In this document: positions 18,624 through 29,351 of the stretch, piece after piece | Numbering within the stretch: the stretch's first letter is position 1 | Layout of the letters: every line of letters starts with the position of its first letter | Assembly (NCBI GenBank): GCA_964424455.1 | Contig: CAYRJA010000001.1 | Location: 2,887-66,886, forward strand | Source of the DNA: an uncultured Bifidobacteriaceae bacterium | GTDB lineage: Bacteria > Bacteroidota > Bacteroidia > Chitinophagales > UBA10324 | Length of the DNA: 64,000 nucleotides | Reading direction: 5' to 3' | Translations under genes and position numbers: made by a program | Notes under the pieces: generated by a model | The model's database searches: none | Told to the model about the DNA's origin: nothing | What the model saw: the letters and a program-made list of their open reading frames with translations, nothing else

Positions 18624-20324
18624 ATGAACCCAACCTCTGCAAGAATTAGCTGGAAGAGTTTTTTCCTCCCTTTTATTTTTCTTTCACTCATTCATTTCTC
18701 ATCTCGTGCTCAGACTGTTTTTTGGAGTGATAATTTTGATGCACCGGCAGGAGGAACAAACAATAATAATGCAGGTGCAGGATGGACAGTAGGTGGACCG
18801 ATAGATTATGATGATGAGGGAGAAAGTGCATACGGATTTCCAATTGGAATTATTAATCTTTGGAAAACAGGAAACACTTCCGGCTGCTCATCAGGCAATA
18901 AACTGTTTGTCGGTAATAATTTTGCTAATACCAATTCTTATGTTTCAGATAATATCTCGGATATCTATGCTCTATCACCCAATATTTCCACTGTGGGTGT
19001 TACAGGTATGACTTTGAAATTTTCATGGCGATGCAATGGCGAGACAACAGATTTTGGTGAAGTAGGATATAGCAAAGATGGAGGAACCACATGGACCTGG
19101 TTACCGAAACATTATGTAAACCAGTCTGCATGTACAACGGAAACATTAACTATTCCTGCAACTTATGAAGGTCTTTCTAATTTTAAAATAGGTTTTGGTT
19201 TTCATTCTCATGCAACAAGTTGCAGCACTTGCGATCCGCCGTTTAATATTGACAATATTGAAATTACTTGTAACACTTGTCCGGGCGCTTCGTGTTCGGC
19301 TCCTATAGCCAGCGCCGGAAATGCAGCTTCTGTTTGTACAGGTGGAAGCACTACCATTGGTGGTTCGCCTACTGCCAGCGGAGGTAGTGGAGGAGCATAT
19401 ACCTATTCATGGCAGCCGGCAACCGGATTGAATAATCCTTCAATAGCTAATCCATCGGCAAGTCCTTTGGTGAATACCACTTATACTGTAACAGTTTCAA
19501 CCGGCTCCGGTTGTTCGGCAACAAGCAGCGTAGTAGTAACAGTGGGAGGAACAGCACAGGCAGGCACTGTTACAGCCGGCAGAGATACAGTATGCAGCGG
19601 AACAGTGGCTTCATTAAATGTTACAGGAAATTCAAATCCGATTCAGTGGCAATCTTCAACGGATGGCAGCAACTTCACGGATATTTCCGGATCAACGGAT
19701 GCCAATTGTTTGCAGGTTATCAACCAGACTACATGGTACAGAGTAGTTGCAGGAAGTGGTAATTGCACTGCTACTACTAACCCATACAAAATAACATCAG
19801 CAGAGTCGCCGGTAGCTTCGTTTTATGTAAAATCACATACAGGAAATCAAATTACTTTTAGCTCTGACAGCAGTATAGGTGCGACAGCGTATAATTGGAA
19901 CTTTGGGGATACACCTAATCCCGGTGAAGTGCAATCTACCAGCGCTAATCCGGTTCATACTTATGATTCAGTAAAAACTTATCATGTATGCCTTACAGTG
20001 TTGAACGGCTCCAACTGTTCATTTACTATTTGTAAGGATATCAGTACTGCAGTGGGCATCCGAACTGTAACATCAGACAGTGAATGGAAAGTTTATCCTG
20101 TTCCATTCAGTGATAACCTGATTATTATGAGAGAGAAATACAGCGCTCCCGCTTATGAAATTGAAATTTATGATTTACCGGGACGAATGGTATTCAGCAG
20201 GAATTATCTGAATACCGGAAACGACTCATACATAATTGATTTAATGGGATTGCCTTCGGGAATGTATTATGTGAAAATAAAAACCGGAGATTCAAACATA
20301 ATCATGCCGATTATTAAACAGTAA
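18624..20324 (+). CDS. secreted multi-domain protein (PKD-like domain) with T9SS C-terminal sorting domain
   Basis: 566 aa. Signal peptide, Ser/Thr/Gly-rich Ig-like repeats, PKD signature YNWNFGD...HTY...YHVCLTV. CTD: VYPVPFSDNL...IYDLPGRMV...GMYYVKI. Confidence 0.75.
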   Translation: MNPTSARISWKSFFLPFIFLSLIHFSSRAQTVFWSDNFDAPAGGTNNNNAGAGWTVGGPIDYDDEGESAYGFPIGIINLWKTGNTSGCSSGNKLFVGNNFANTNSYVSDNISDIYALSPNISTVGVTGMTLKFSWRCNGETTDFGEVGYSKDGGTTWTWLPKHYVNQSACTTETLTIPATYEGLSNFKIGFGFHSHATSCSTCDPPFNIDNIEITCNTCPGASCSAPIASAGNAASVCTGGSTTIGGSPTASGGSGGAYTYSWQPATGLNNPSIANPSASPLVNTTYTVTVSTGSGCSATSSVVVTVGGTAQAGTVTAGRDTVCSGTVASLNVTGNSNPIQWQSSTDGSNFTDISGSTDANCLQVINQTTWYRVVAGSGNCTATTNPYKITSAESPVASFYVKSHTGNQITFSSDSSIGATAYNWNFGDTPNPGEVQSTSANPVHTYDSVKTYHVCLTVLNGSNCSFTICKDISTAVGIRTVTSDSEWKVYPVPFSDNLIIMREKYSAPAYEIEIYDLPGRMVFSRNYLNTGNDSYIIDLMGLPSGMYYVKIKTGDSNIIMPIIKQ

Positions 20325-20343
20325 TAGTTTAAAATTGAATCAT

Positions 20344-20373
20344 GAGAAACGCTCCGTTAACGGAGCGTTTCTC
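20344..20373 (+). terminator. rho-independent terminator
   Basis: Perfect 13-bp stem GAGAAACGCTCCG/CGGAGCGTTTCTC with loop TTAA, followed by ATTTTG. Confidence 0.85.
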
Positions 20374-20438
20374 ATTTTGTTAATATCCATTTCTCAGCTA
20401 AACAGGCGGATTATTAAATTGCACCTGAAAAACAGTTT

Positions 20439-21866
20439 ATGCAAAGAATCACCCGTACGAAAACTATAGCTACAGTCGGACCTGCTTCATCGGATAAGCA
20501 GATGCTTGAAAAACTTATTCGTGCAGGGGTAAATACCTTCCGGCTGAATTTTTCTCATGCGAATCATTCTGCACACAGAAAAGTGATAGCAGCCGTTCAG
20601 GAGTTAAATAAAGAACTGGGAACGCATGTAGGTATTCTTGCTGATTTGCAGGGACCAAAAATCAGAATAGGAGAAGTACAGAACAATGGTGTTAAGCTAA
20701 CCTCCGGAAAAACTGTAACACTTACGACTAAAGAATCGGTTTCCACTTCTTCCCATATTTTTGTCAACTTCAGCAAGTTTGCTTCAGATGTAAAGCAGGG
20801 CGATCAGATTCTGATTGATGACGGGCAGATGGAATTGAAAGTAATTTCTACCAATAAAAAAGATACAGTAAAAGCAAAAGTCATTCAGGGTGGAATGTTG
20901 CTTTCCAGAAAAGGGATTAACCTGCCGGATAGCAATGTTTCTGTTCATTCGCTTACCAAAAAAGATTTGAATGATCTGAAATTTATTCTTACCCAGCCCG
21001 TAAACTGGATTGCACTTTCATTTGTCCGTTCGGCAAAAGATATTCTTCATCTCAAAAAAAATATACATAGAGCAGGAAAGAAAATGAAAGTAATTGCCAA
21101 AATTGAAAAACCGCAGGCAGTAAAAAATATTGATGAAATCATAGAAGCGAGTGATGCCGTGATGATTGCCCGCGGAGATTTAGGAGTGGAAATGCCACAG
21201 CAGGAAGTTCCGCTGATTCAAAAAAATATTATTTCAAAATGTATTGCAGCAACACGCCCGGTCATTATTGCCACACAGATGATGCAGAGCATGATTGATA
21301 ATCCACGACCTACCCGCGCCGAAATTACAGATGTGGCAAACGGAATTCTGGATGGCGCCGACTGTCTGATGCTCAGCGCTGAAACTGCCACAGGGAAATT
21401 TCCGGTAAAGGTGATTGAAACCATCAAAGACATTGCAATTAATGTAGAACGTCAATCTTCACTGTATAACCGGAAAGTGGTTGCTAAACTCCATAATGCT
21501 ACCTTCTTAAAAGATGCCATTTGCCTGAGTGCAAGCCAAACGGCTGCGGATGTTCATGCAAGCGCCATCATCAGTATGACAAGAAGCGGCTACACCGGAT
21601 TTGTTATCAGTAGTTACAGACCGGAGGCAAAAATTCTTGTTTTCATGGAAGATAAAATGCTATTAAGCACTATGAGTATCTGCTGGGGAGTGGAAACCTT
21701 TTATTATCACAAGTTCGGTTCAACCGGTACAACTATAGAAGATGTAAAAAAAATAGCGCTGAAAATGGGACGGATAAAAAGAGGAGATATTGTCATTAAC
21801 ACAGCCAGTACACCGCATCACTGGAAAGGCACTACCAATATGTTGAAGATTAGCGAGGTGGCATAA
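20439..21866 (+). CDS. pyk: pyruvate kinase
   Basis: 475 aa. Motifs FRLNFSHANH, MIARGDLGVEMP, MLSAETATGKFP. Confidence 0.95.
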   Translation: MQRITRTKTIATVGPASSDKQMLEKLIRAGVNTFRLNFSHANHSAHRKVIAAVQELNKELGTHVGILADLQGPKIRIGEVQNNGVKLTSGKTVTLTTKESVSTSSHIFVNFSKFASDVKQGDQILIDDGQMELKVISTNKKDTVKAKVIQGGMLLSRKGINLPDSNVSVHSLTKKDLNDLKFILTQPVNWIALSFVRSAKDILHLKKNIHRAGKKMKVIAKIEKPQAVKNIDEIIEASDAVMIARGDLGVEMPQQEVPLIQKNIISKCIAATRPVIIATQMMQSMIDNPRPTRAEITDVANGILDGADCLMLSAETATGKFPVKVIETIKDIAINVERQSSLYNRKVVAKLHNATFLKDAICLSASQTAADVHASAIISMTRSGYTGFVISSYRPEAKILVFMEDKMLLSTMSICWGVETFYYHKFGSTGTTIEDVKKIALKMGRIKRGDIVINTASTPHHWKGTTNMLKISEVA

Positions 21867-21867
21867 T

Positions 21868-22377
21868 TCAATTAACTGCTTCCTCTTCTTCCATCTCTGC
21901 ACCATTCACTTTGAAAGTGAAAAACCTGTGAGAAAAAAAACTAATGATGGCAATAGAAACTGATGCAAAGGCACGGGCAATAGTCGGAAACCAGTGAAAT
22001 TGCCGGATTAATATTCTCATCAAAAAATAGTTGAGTACAAAAACCATAAATGCCACCAATAAGAACCGTATAAACTGATGGTGACCTTTTAAATCTGATT
22101 CGGTAAACACAAAATACTTGGTCAGCAGGAAACTGGTTATTAATCCACAACTGAAGGAAAGCATCAGCGATGCAGTAGGCGCTGTCAGTACATAACTTTC
22201 ATATATTGGAATGTCCACCTTTTTGAATAAAAAATTAAAGGCGACGAAATAAATACCAACGTCAACAAGAGTTGCTGTAACACCTGAGAAGAAGTACCGG
22301 ACTACTTTTAATTCAAGCAAAGTTTTAACTAATTCCAACATGAGGAAGCGAAAATATGAAAAAGGTAAACTCAGCAA
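21868..22377 (-). CDS. GtrA-family membrane protein
   Basis: 169 aa. Four TM helices, RYFFSGVTATLVDVGIYF GtrA-like N-terminal motif. Confidence 0.7.
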   Translation of the reverse strand: MLSLPFSYFRFLMLELVKTLLELKVVRYFFSGVTATLVDVGIYFVAFNFLFKKVDIPIYESYVLTAPTASLMLSFSCGLITSFLLTKYFVFTESDLKGHHQFIRFLLVAFMVFVLNYFLMRILIRQFHWFPTIARAFASVSIAIISFFSHRFFTFKVNGAEMEEEEAVN

Positions 22378-22397
22378 TAAGCAGAATAAAAAATATG

Positions 22398-23432
22398 TTA
22401 TCCTATTTCAAACAGCACTCCTGCACTTCCCGGTGGTTTTTTATTCAAATGTTTGTAAGCCAGTTCGGTAGCTTCTCTTCCGCGTGGTGTGCGTTTTAAA
22501 TATCCTTCCTGAATCAGAAATGGCTCATATACTTCTTCCAGTGTGCCGGCTTCTTCGCCTACTGCGGTAGCAATGGTAGTAATTCCTACAGGACCGCCAT
22601 TGAATTTGTCAATGATAGCGCTAAGAATACGATTATCCATTTCATCTAATCCGTGTTCATCTACATTCAGTTGGGTTAATCCGTAGCGGGCAATCTCCAC
22701 TTCAATTTTTCCATTACCCTTTACCTGTGCAAAATCACGGATGCGGCGAAGCAGTGCATTGGCAATACGCGGAGTGCCACGGCTGCGCCTTGCCACTTCA
22801 AAGGCAGCGTCATCAGTAATTTTTGTATTCAGAATGGATGAAGAGCGAAGAATAATATTTTTTAACACATCGCTTTTATAATACTCAATTCGTGAAGTAA
22901 TCCCAAAACGGGAACGCAGCGGCGATGATAGTAATCCGGACCGGGTAGTAGCGCCTACAAGTGTAAATGGGTTGAGCGAGAGTTGAACACTGCGTGCATT
23001 CGGACCGCTGTCAATCATAATGTCAATCTTATAATCTTCCATAGCAGAGTATAAATATTCCTCTACAACAGTTGACAGTCTGTGAATTTCATCAATAAAT
23101 AATACATCCTTATCTTCAAGATTAGTAAGCAGCCCTGCTAAGTCAGCGGGCTTTTCCAATACCGGACCGGAAGTTATTTTCATATTCACACCTAACTCAT
23201 TTGCGATGATATGAGAGAGAGTGGTTTTCCCCAATCCCGGCGGACCGTGCAGCAGCACATGGTCAAGCGCTTCACCTCTTTGCTTTGCCGCTTTAATAAA
23301 CACTATCAGGTTATCAACGATTTGCACCTGTCCCTGAAATTCGCTGAACTCTTGCGGACGCAGCACTTTCTCTATCTCCTTTTCGGCAGCATTCATTCCC
23401 TCATTACCGGTATTTAGATTTGGATTACGCAT
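22398..23432 (-). CDS. ruvB: Holliday junction branch-migration helicase RuvB
   Basis: 344 aa. Walker [10 protein letters not shown], Walker [25 protein letters not shown] sensor region. Confidence 0.96.
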   Translation of the reverse strand: MRNPNLNTGNEGMNAAEKEIEKVLRPQEFSEFQGQVQIVDNLIVFIKAAKQRGEALDHVLLHGPPGLGKTTLSHIIANELGVNMKITSGPVLEKPADLAGLLTNLEDKDVLFIDEIHRLSTVVEEYLYSAMEDYKIDIMIDSGPNARSVQLSLNPFTLVGATTRSGLLSSPLRSRFGITSRIEYYKSDVLKNIILRSSSILNTKITDDAAFEVARRSRGTPRIANALLRRIRDFAQVKGNGKIEVEIARYGLTQLNVDEHGLDEMDNRILSAIIDKFNGGPVGITTIATAVGEEAGTLEEVYEPFLIQEGYLKRTPRGREATELAYKHLNKKPPGSAGVLFEIG

Positions 23433-23556
23433 GAGAGCAGTGTTTATCTGTTGGCAAAGATTAAGGAGAATTTCCGAATTACAATTCCAAATCTTAAAAT
23501 TAAATGAACATAAATACTGAATAATGCAGCGTTATCGTTCATACCTGTTAATCACT

Positions 23557-23564
23557 TAAATTTG
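23557..23564 (+). promoter_or_regulatory. Bacteroidota -7 promoter box (TAAATTTG)
   Basis: Exact TAnnTTTG match 25 nt upstream of the ATG at 23589. It overlaps the TTG at 23562 used by the ORF track, which argues against that start. Confidence 0.5.
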
Positions 23565-23588
23565 CACATACTATTTTCAATTTCTCAG

Positions 23589-24845
23589 ATGAGGAAAATC
23601 TTAATCACACTTACTATTGTTTTTCTGTCGCGGCTTTGCTTTGGCTCCATGATTCTTATTCCTATGGACACCAAGCAAGCACAACACCTGAAAGCTTATG
23701 GTGTTGCATATTGGATATTGCAGCATAGTGTTACAGTTGACTGGCTGCTGAACTACAGGGGTGGAAGTTTCTCTTTCCCTTATGACAAAAATTTTGAAAG
23801 TGAATGTCTGATTCGTGGTGTTTCTTATGAATTGGTTCCGGATGCTCAATATACTGCAATACTTACAACCATTGCTAACCCCGATGTAAATCAGGATGTT
23901 ATTAAACTTGAGAAAGTACCTAAGATTGCGGTGTATTCACCCAAAGACAAATTGCCATGGGATGATGCTGTAACACTTGTTTTGACTTATGCTGAAATTC
24001 CTTACACATTAGTTTACGATGATGATGTGCTCGAAGGGAAACTGCCATTGTACGACTGGCTGCATCTGCACCATGAAGATTTTACAGGACAGTATGGAAA
24101 ATTTTATGGCATGTATGGAAATACGCAATGGTATCAGAAAGATGTGCAGACTCAGGAAGCTACGGCTAAGAAATGGGGTTATCCGAAAGTGTCTCAGTTG
24201 AAATTAGCCGTTGCTCAGAAGATTAGAGATTATGTTGCCGGTGGCGGTTTTCTTTTTGCTATGTGTTCGGCTACTGATACTTATGATATAGCGCTGTCTG
24301 CCGAAGGAGTAGATATTTGTGCAACCCCGTTTGACGGCGATCCCATGGAGCCGAATGCGCAGCAGAAACTTGATTTCAGTAAATGTTTTGCATTTGAGAA
24401 TTTTACCATCAGCCCTAATGTGTACGAATATGAGTTTTCAAGTATAGACTCAAAAGTGCCGCGTGTAATTCCTATGGAGCAGGATTATTTCACACTGTTT
24501 GATTTTTCTGCAAAATGGGATCCTGTTCCTACCATGTTGTGTCAGGATCATACAAAAACCATAAAAGGATTTATGGGGCAAACCACCGCATTCAGAAATC
24601 AGTATATAAAATCAAGTACACTCGTGATGGGAGAAAATAAAGCTGCGGATGAAGCGCGCTACATTCACGGAGAATACGGTAATGGTACATGGACTTTTTA
24701 TGGAGGACATGATCCCGAAGATTTTCAGCACTTTGTTTACGACCCGCCTACCGATCTGGCGTTGCATCCCAACTCACCCGGCTACCGGCTTATTCTTAAC
24801 AATGTTTTATTTCCGGCGGCGAAGAAGAAAAAGATGAAAACATAA
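23589..24845 (+). CDS. conserved secreted Bacteroidota protein of unknown function (family often auto-annotated as asparagine synthetase B)
   Basis: 418 aa from MRKILITL with a signal peptide. Contains a possible nucleophile-elbow-like GGGFLFAMCSATDT. Family assignment is from memory only. Confidence 0.4.
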   Translation: MRKILITLTIVFLSRLCFGSMILIPMDTKQAQHLKAYGVAYWILQHSVTVDWLLNYRGGSFSFPYDKNFESECLIRGVSYELVPDAQYTAILTTIANPDVNQDVIKLEKVPKIAVYSPKDKLPWDDAVTLVLTYAEIPYTLVYDDDVLEGKLPLYDWLHLHHEDFTGQYGKFYGMYGNTQWYQKDVQTQEATAKKWGYPKVSQLKLAVAQKIRDYVAGGGFLFAMCSATDTYDIALSAEGVDICATPFDGDPMEPNAQQKLDFSKCFAFENFTISPNVYEYEFSSIDSKVPRVIPMEQDYFTLFDFSAKWDPVPTMLCQDHTKTIKGFMGQTTAFRNQYIKSSTLVMGENKAADEARYIHGEYGNGTWTFYGGHDPEDFQHFVYDPPTDLALHPNSPGYRLILNNVLFPAAKKKKMKT

Positions 24846-24846
24846 A

Positions 24847-24854
24847 TAAATTTG
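24847..24854 (+). promoter_or_regulatory. Bacteroidota -7 promoter box (TAAATTTG)
   Basis: Exact TAnnTTTG match 20 nt upstream of the GTG at 24874. Confidence 0.45.
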
Positions 24855-24873
24855 CAGCCCTAATTTAATAAAA

Positions 24874-25362
24874 GTGATAACCCGGATTTTTTCTTCTGTT
24901 ACAGTACTGTTATTTTTTATCGCCGGTGCAGCATCTGCACAAAAATGTTTAGATGCAAAAGGACAATTGGATTTTAACTCATTGATTTCTCAATATCAGA
25001 GTGATTATAAATTAGTTTCTATCAGAGAGGTTAGGATGACCTCAGGTCAAATATTAACTATTAACTCAGAGTTGAATGCTGATTTTGATTACCTGATTGG
25101 AATAGTATGCAATGGAAGCGCACAAGCTGCAGGAGTGGAACTTCGGGATAACATAGGCACACTGATGAATTATAATATCAACTATAATGCATTTAAGAGT
25201 AATGAAGCCATTCTTGAATTCAGAGATGCCGGCAGAATGAATTATAAAATATCAGTAAACGCCATTGATAAAAACAATACAGAGATATGCGGTAAAGTTT
25301 TTATTATGGCAAAAGAAAAGATAGATGGGAAGAGGATGAAGAGAAGGATGACTGCCTTTTAA
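24874..25362 (+). CDS. hypothetical secreted protein
   Basis: 162 aa. GTG start, signal peptide VTVLLFFIAGAASAQ. No recognisable domain. Confidence 0.5.
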   Translation: MITRIFSSVTVLLFFIAGAASAQKCLDAKGQLDFNSLISQYQSDYKLVSIREVRMTSGQILTINSELNADFDYLIGIVCNGSAQAAGVELRDNIGTLMNYNINYNAFKSNEAILEFRDAGRMNYKISVNAIDKNNTEICGKVFIMAKEKIDGKRMKRRMTAF

Positions 25363-27263
25363 TTCCAAAACATCCAACTCACACCAATTTTAATGGCTTT
25401 GTCAGCAGCGGGATAGTGAAGCGCTGAATAATAACCCGGCTGAAACCATCCTTGCGACAGATTCTCCATCTTAACAAAAATTCTTGCAGAGCGGATCCCC
25501 ATATTGACAAATACATCTGTAACAGGATAGAATTTTGCTTTCATTTCGTTCTGAAGATAAAATTGAGAAGTAGCCGGAGAGAATGCAGGAAAATAATAAC
25601 TGCTGGTGTAATACACATCCACACCCACACTTAATCTCAGTGCATTTTTGAATAAATTATTCTGAAAATAAAGGGAGTGAAAGCCAACATATTCCGGAAC
25701 AGAAATAATGCTTGCATCGGAGAATTGCTGAATGGCTAATTCATTATTGAAATGAAACTTTCCAATGGTGAAATCTTTATGAAGTGTTACAACAACTCCT
25801 GTAATATTCTTTGAGGACTGCTCGGGAACGGCAAGCGTATTCCAGAAAATATAATTACTCAACTGTAAATATTCCGCTCTCAGTATAAGGTTTAACTTAT
25901 CTGATTTCCATTCCATACCGGCTTTGTATTCACTGTATGAAGAAAAGTAATTTTTCCAGCTATAATGATTAGAGTAATACTGCTGTAACAGTAACGAAGG
26001 AAGCACATTCATGCTGCTCAGTATTATTTCTGCCAAGCCCAAATCTTCTGAAATTCTGTATCCGGCAAACAGCCCGGTATTGTAAGCGGTGTTATTTTCG
26101 CTTTGCAGTCCGCCTTCCACAGATAAACCGTAAATCCACTTCTTCTGATTGGCATTTTGCAAAAAAATACTGCCGGTGGTTTGCTGCATTTTCGTTTGCT
26201 GCATAAGGTTCTGAATGAGAAACAGCCGGTGATTGATATTAAATGTTGCACAGAGTTTCCGGTATGTTACAGTAGTGTCATTTGCCCTGTTCTTTTCCGG
26301 AAGCAGTTGAAAGGATATATTATTCTCAATCATCTTCCACAGAAGAGAATCATTGGTTTTTGTCCGGTTGTAATTGAATCGGTTATTATAGTATCCAAAA
26401 TCAGTAGTGTCGTCATGATAAACATATTTATAATCAGCAAAATCAAAACGATGTGTAAGCCGTGCAGAGGCATAAAACTTTTTTATAGTAACAGTGTCAT
26501 TGATATGCTTGTCGTAAGATACACCCCAGTCATAAGAATGAGTAAAGCCAATATCTTCTCCTCTAAAGAGGGTTCGTGAACTGTCAAGCGCTATAGAAGC
26601 AAGATCTTTACTTAACAGCAGAGGGTCAGTGAAAACAGAATCATTTGTAACACCTCCATTATTCTGCCATCTCAGTTTGTTAAAGATAATATAGGCGCTC
26701 AGATGATAGCGTTCGTTTTTTGAATGATAGCTGCTGAAAATATTTATATTGAAGACATCCGCTCGCTGCTGCTGATAAGTTCCATCAGCACCACTGAGCC
26801 GGAACTCAAAACCTGCATTGATGAGATTAGTAATATTCTGTGTGTGAGTACCGGTAAGCTGCTGTTCATTTTTTGGACCGAAAACATAAAACAAATGAGA
26901 GTATGGTTTCTTTGTATCGTAGAACCGGACATTGTCAGGTTTGAAAAGATAAATGTCGAACGAATAAAAACCAATATCAGGCAGAATATTGTTCTTAAAA
27001 CTAAAAATGGAAGAGTAGTAGGGAAGTCCAAGATTTCCGAGATTAGACAGACCTAAGCGTGATTTTCCGGCATCATAAATTTCAAACCTGTTTAAAGTAG
27101 TATCAACTACATATCGTTTTGAAAAATCTTTTGCAAAAAAATAAAGTGTCCATTTAGGATTGTAGCGATGATAAGTAGAATCATCACCTATGGCAAATGC
27201 ACGGCTGCTAATAAAAATGAGATGACAAACAATTACAATCAGCAGAAATCTTGTCTTTCTCAT
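25359..27263 (-). CDS. outer-membrane beta-barrel protein (putative-porin family)
   Basis: 634 aa. Signal peptide, alternating aromatic/hydrophilic beta-strand pattern, C-terminal IKIGVSWMFWN. Confidence 0.55.
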   Translation of the reverse strand: MRKTRFLLIVIVCHLIFISSRAFAIGDDSTYHRYNPKWTLYFFAKDFSKRYVVDTTLNRFEIYDAGKSRLGLSNLGNLGLPYYSSIFSFKNNILPDIGFYSFDIYLFKPDNVRFYDTKKPYSHLFYVFGPKNEQQLTGTHTQNITNLINAGFEFRLSGADGTYQQQRADVFNINIFSSYHSKNERYHLSAYIIFNKLRWQNNGGVTNDSVFTDPLLLSKDLASIALDSSRTLFRGEDIGFTHSYDWGVSYDKHINDTVTIKKFYASARLTHRFDFADYKYVYHDDTTDFGYYNNRFNYNRTKTNDSLLWKMIENNISFQLLPEKNRANDTTVTYRKLCATFNINHRLFLIQNLMQQTKMQQTTGSIFLQNANQKKWIYGLSVEGGLQSENNTAYNTGLFAGYRISEDLGLAEIILSSMNVLPSLLLQQYYSNHYSWKNYFSSYSEYKAGMEWKSDKLNLILRAEYLQLSNYIFWNTLAVPEQSSKNITGVVVTLHKDFTIGKFHFNNELAIQQFSDASIISVPEYVGFHSLYFQNNLFKNALRLSVGVDVYYTSSYYFPAFSPATSQFYLQNEMKAKFYPVTDVFVNMGIRSARIFVKMENLSQGWFQPGYYSALHYPAADKAIKIGVSWMFWN

Positions 27264-27278
27264 TCTATTGTTACAGTA

Positions 27279-28100
27279 TTATATTAATCCAACCAGTTCT
27301 TTTAATAATAAAGTCATCTTTGGTTCAGCTTCATTTGCTGCCTTCAATACTTCTTCGTGAGAAACCTTTACAGGTGTATCGGGGTTGCCTTCGTCAGTAA
27401 TCACGCTGACACCAAAAATCTTCATATTCATGTGGCGGGCTACAATTGCTTCCGGAACGGTTGACATGCCCACGGCATCGCCGCCGATAATACGCATGAA
27501 TTTATATTCGGCAGGAGTTTCAAAAGTCGGACCGGGCGTACTTACATACACTCCACTGTGACATTTGATTTTGTTTTTTGCAGCAATATTCAGTGCATGT
27601 TGAATCAGGTTTTTATCATATACGGCATGTTGGTCAGGAAAACGGGGTCCTAATTCCTCCTCATTTCTCCCAATGAGCGGGTTGGTAATTTGTAAGTTGA
27701 TATGATCAGTAATAACCATCAGTTCACCCACTTTAATTGACGGGTTCAGTCCGCCGCTGGCATTTGTAAGAAGCAAGGTCTCAACACCGATATACTTCAA
27801 AACACGTACAGGAAATGTTACTTCCTGCATGGTATATCCTTCATAAAAATGAAAGCGCCCCTGTAACACCGCTACATTTTTCCCATTGAGTGTGCCCAAC
27901 ACTAATTTACCCGGATGACCGAAAACAGTTGAAACCGGAAAGTGAGGAATGTCTTTGTAAGCAATGGAATCATGTACCTGAACTTGATTTACCAAATCGG
28001 ACAGACCGGAGCCGAGAATAATTCCGATGGTTGGTTTAAAATTAGTTTTCTTCTGAATGAAATCAGATGCCTCTTTTATTTTCTGTAACAGATTTTCCAT
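27279..28100 (-). CDS. purine nucleoside phosphorylase (PNP/MTAP family)
   Basis: 273 aa. Motifs GIILGSGL, NASGGLN, VGMSTVPE. Confidence 0.92.
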   Translation of the reverse strand: MENLLQKIKEASDFIQKKTNFKPTIGIILGSGLSDLVNQVQVHDSIAYKDIPHFPVSTVFGHPGKLVLGTLNGKNVAVLQGRFHFYEGYTMQEVTFPVRVLKYIGVETLLLTNASGGLNPSIKVGELMVITDHINLQITNPLIGRNEEELGPRFPDQHAVYDKNLIQHALNIAAKNKIKCHSGVYVSTPGPTFETPAEYKFMRIIGGDAVGMSTVPEAIVARHMNMKIFGVSVITDEGNPDTPVKVSHEEVLKAANEAEPKMTLLLKELVGLI

Positions 28101-28130
28101 TGGTGTTTTTCTATACTAACCTCATCCACG

Positions 28131-29204
28131 TTACCGGATATTATTAGTAGAGTTTGATTTTTTTAAGAAGTCAAAAATAAGTTTGTTGAATTGGTTTTTA
28201 TCATCTTCTGAAAATTTATGCTCAACGGGTAAAACCCATATCTGAATATGATGTTGTGTAAACCAGTCTTTTAAACCCATCAACCGCATTGCATCTTTTT
28301 CTGTGGTGAGTATTATCCTTTTTTCGGCATTGATAGAATTCCATTTTAATAAGAGATTATTCAAATCCTTTTCTCTGAAATAATAATGGTCAGGAAAAAT
28401 CATCGGATGAACATTGCTGCCTTGGCTATTCAGATAACGGATTAACGGGGTAGGATTGGCAATCCCACAGAGCAGAAGAATTTCCATTTTGGAATCTGCC
28501 ATTTGTAGTTGAGTTATAGTTGAATTAAATAGAGAATAAATTTTACCATAGTTCAGGATGCTAAAAAATACCTGTGCAGAACTGTAACACTTTATTTGTT
28601 TTCTGATGTCTGATTTTTCTGCTTCGGTTATCTGTTCAGGCGAACGTGTTACAACAATTAAATCTGCTCTGGAAGCGCCATTTCTGAATTCACGCAACCT
28701 GCCTGACGGAAGCAACCAATCTTTATAAAAAGGAGAATCAAAAGCGGTAAGTAAAATATTTAATCCGGCTTTTACAGAGCGGTGTTGAAAAGCATCATCC
28801 ATAAGAATAATCTGTAAGTCGGGATTTTCATACAGCATTTCAGGAATTGCCATCATGCGGTCTTCACTAACTGAAACTAATGCATCCGGAAAATTTCTTT
28901 TCAGTTGTAACGGTTCGTCACCCACTTGCTCTGCAATAGAATCTTCTCTTACAGATAAATATCCTGTTGTTTTTCTTTTATAGCCCCTGCTTAATGTACC
29001 TACTTTGTAAAACTCTTGAAGCAGCGTTATCAGATATTCCATCATCGGAGTTTTTCCTGTGCCTCCGGCAGATAAATTACCGACACATATCACAGGAAGG
29101 TCAAACTCTGTACTGCGAAATATTTTCCAATCATATAACTTGTTGCGAATAAAAACAGCAAGTCCATAGAGCAGTGAAAAGGGGAGTAACAGAATTTTTA
29201 ACAA
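28131..29204 (-). CDS. lpxK: tetraacyldisaccharide 4'-kinase
   Basis: 357 aa. N-terminal membrane anchor and VGNLSAGGTGKTP P-loop; SRGYKRK. Confidence 0.93.
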   Translation of the reverse strand: MLKILLLPFSLLYGLAVFIRNKLYDWKIFRSTEFDLPVICVGNLSAGGTGKTPMMEYLITLLQEFYKVGTLSRGYKRKTTGYLSVREDSIAEQVGDEPLQLKRNFPDALVSVSEDRMMAIPEMLYENPDLQIILMDDAFQHRSVKAGLNILLTAFDSPFYKDWLLPSGRLREFRNGASRADLIVVTRSPEQITEAEKSDIRKQIKCYSSAQVFFSILNYGKIYSLFNSTITQLQMADSKMEILLLCGIANPTPLIRYLNSQGSNVHPMIFPDHYYFREKDLNNLLLKWNSINAEKRIILTTEKDAMRLMGLKDWFTQHHIQIWVLPVEHKFSEDDKNQFNKLIFDFLKKSNSTNNIR

Positions 29205-29351
29205 GCAGTAAAATAATTTTCTGATAAAGGTCGCAAGATAGGGTTCTTATTTTTTCATTCTCTGTCTAAGTACAGGGATTTTTGCTTGTAGTACAAATCG
29301 GTAACGATACCCGTAATAATTTTAAAATCTATAAATTGCCAAACAATTACT

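Noticed and set aside
23562-23588. TTG start at 23562 given by the ORF track for the 427-aa protein
   Set aside because: It overlaps the TAAATTTG promoter box. The ATG at 23589 gives a canonical signal peptide (MRKILITLTIVFLS), so the shorter form is preferred.
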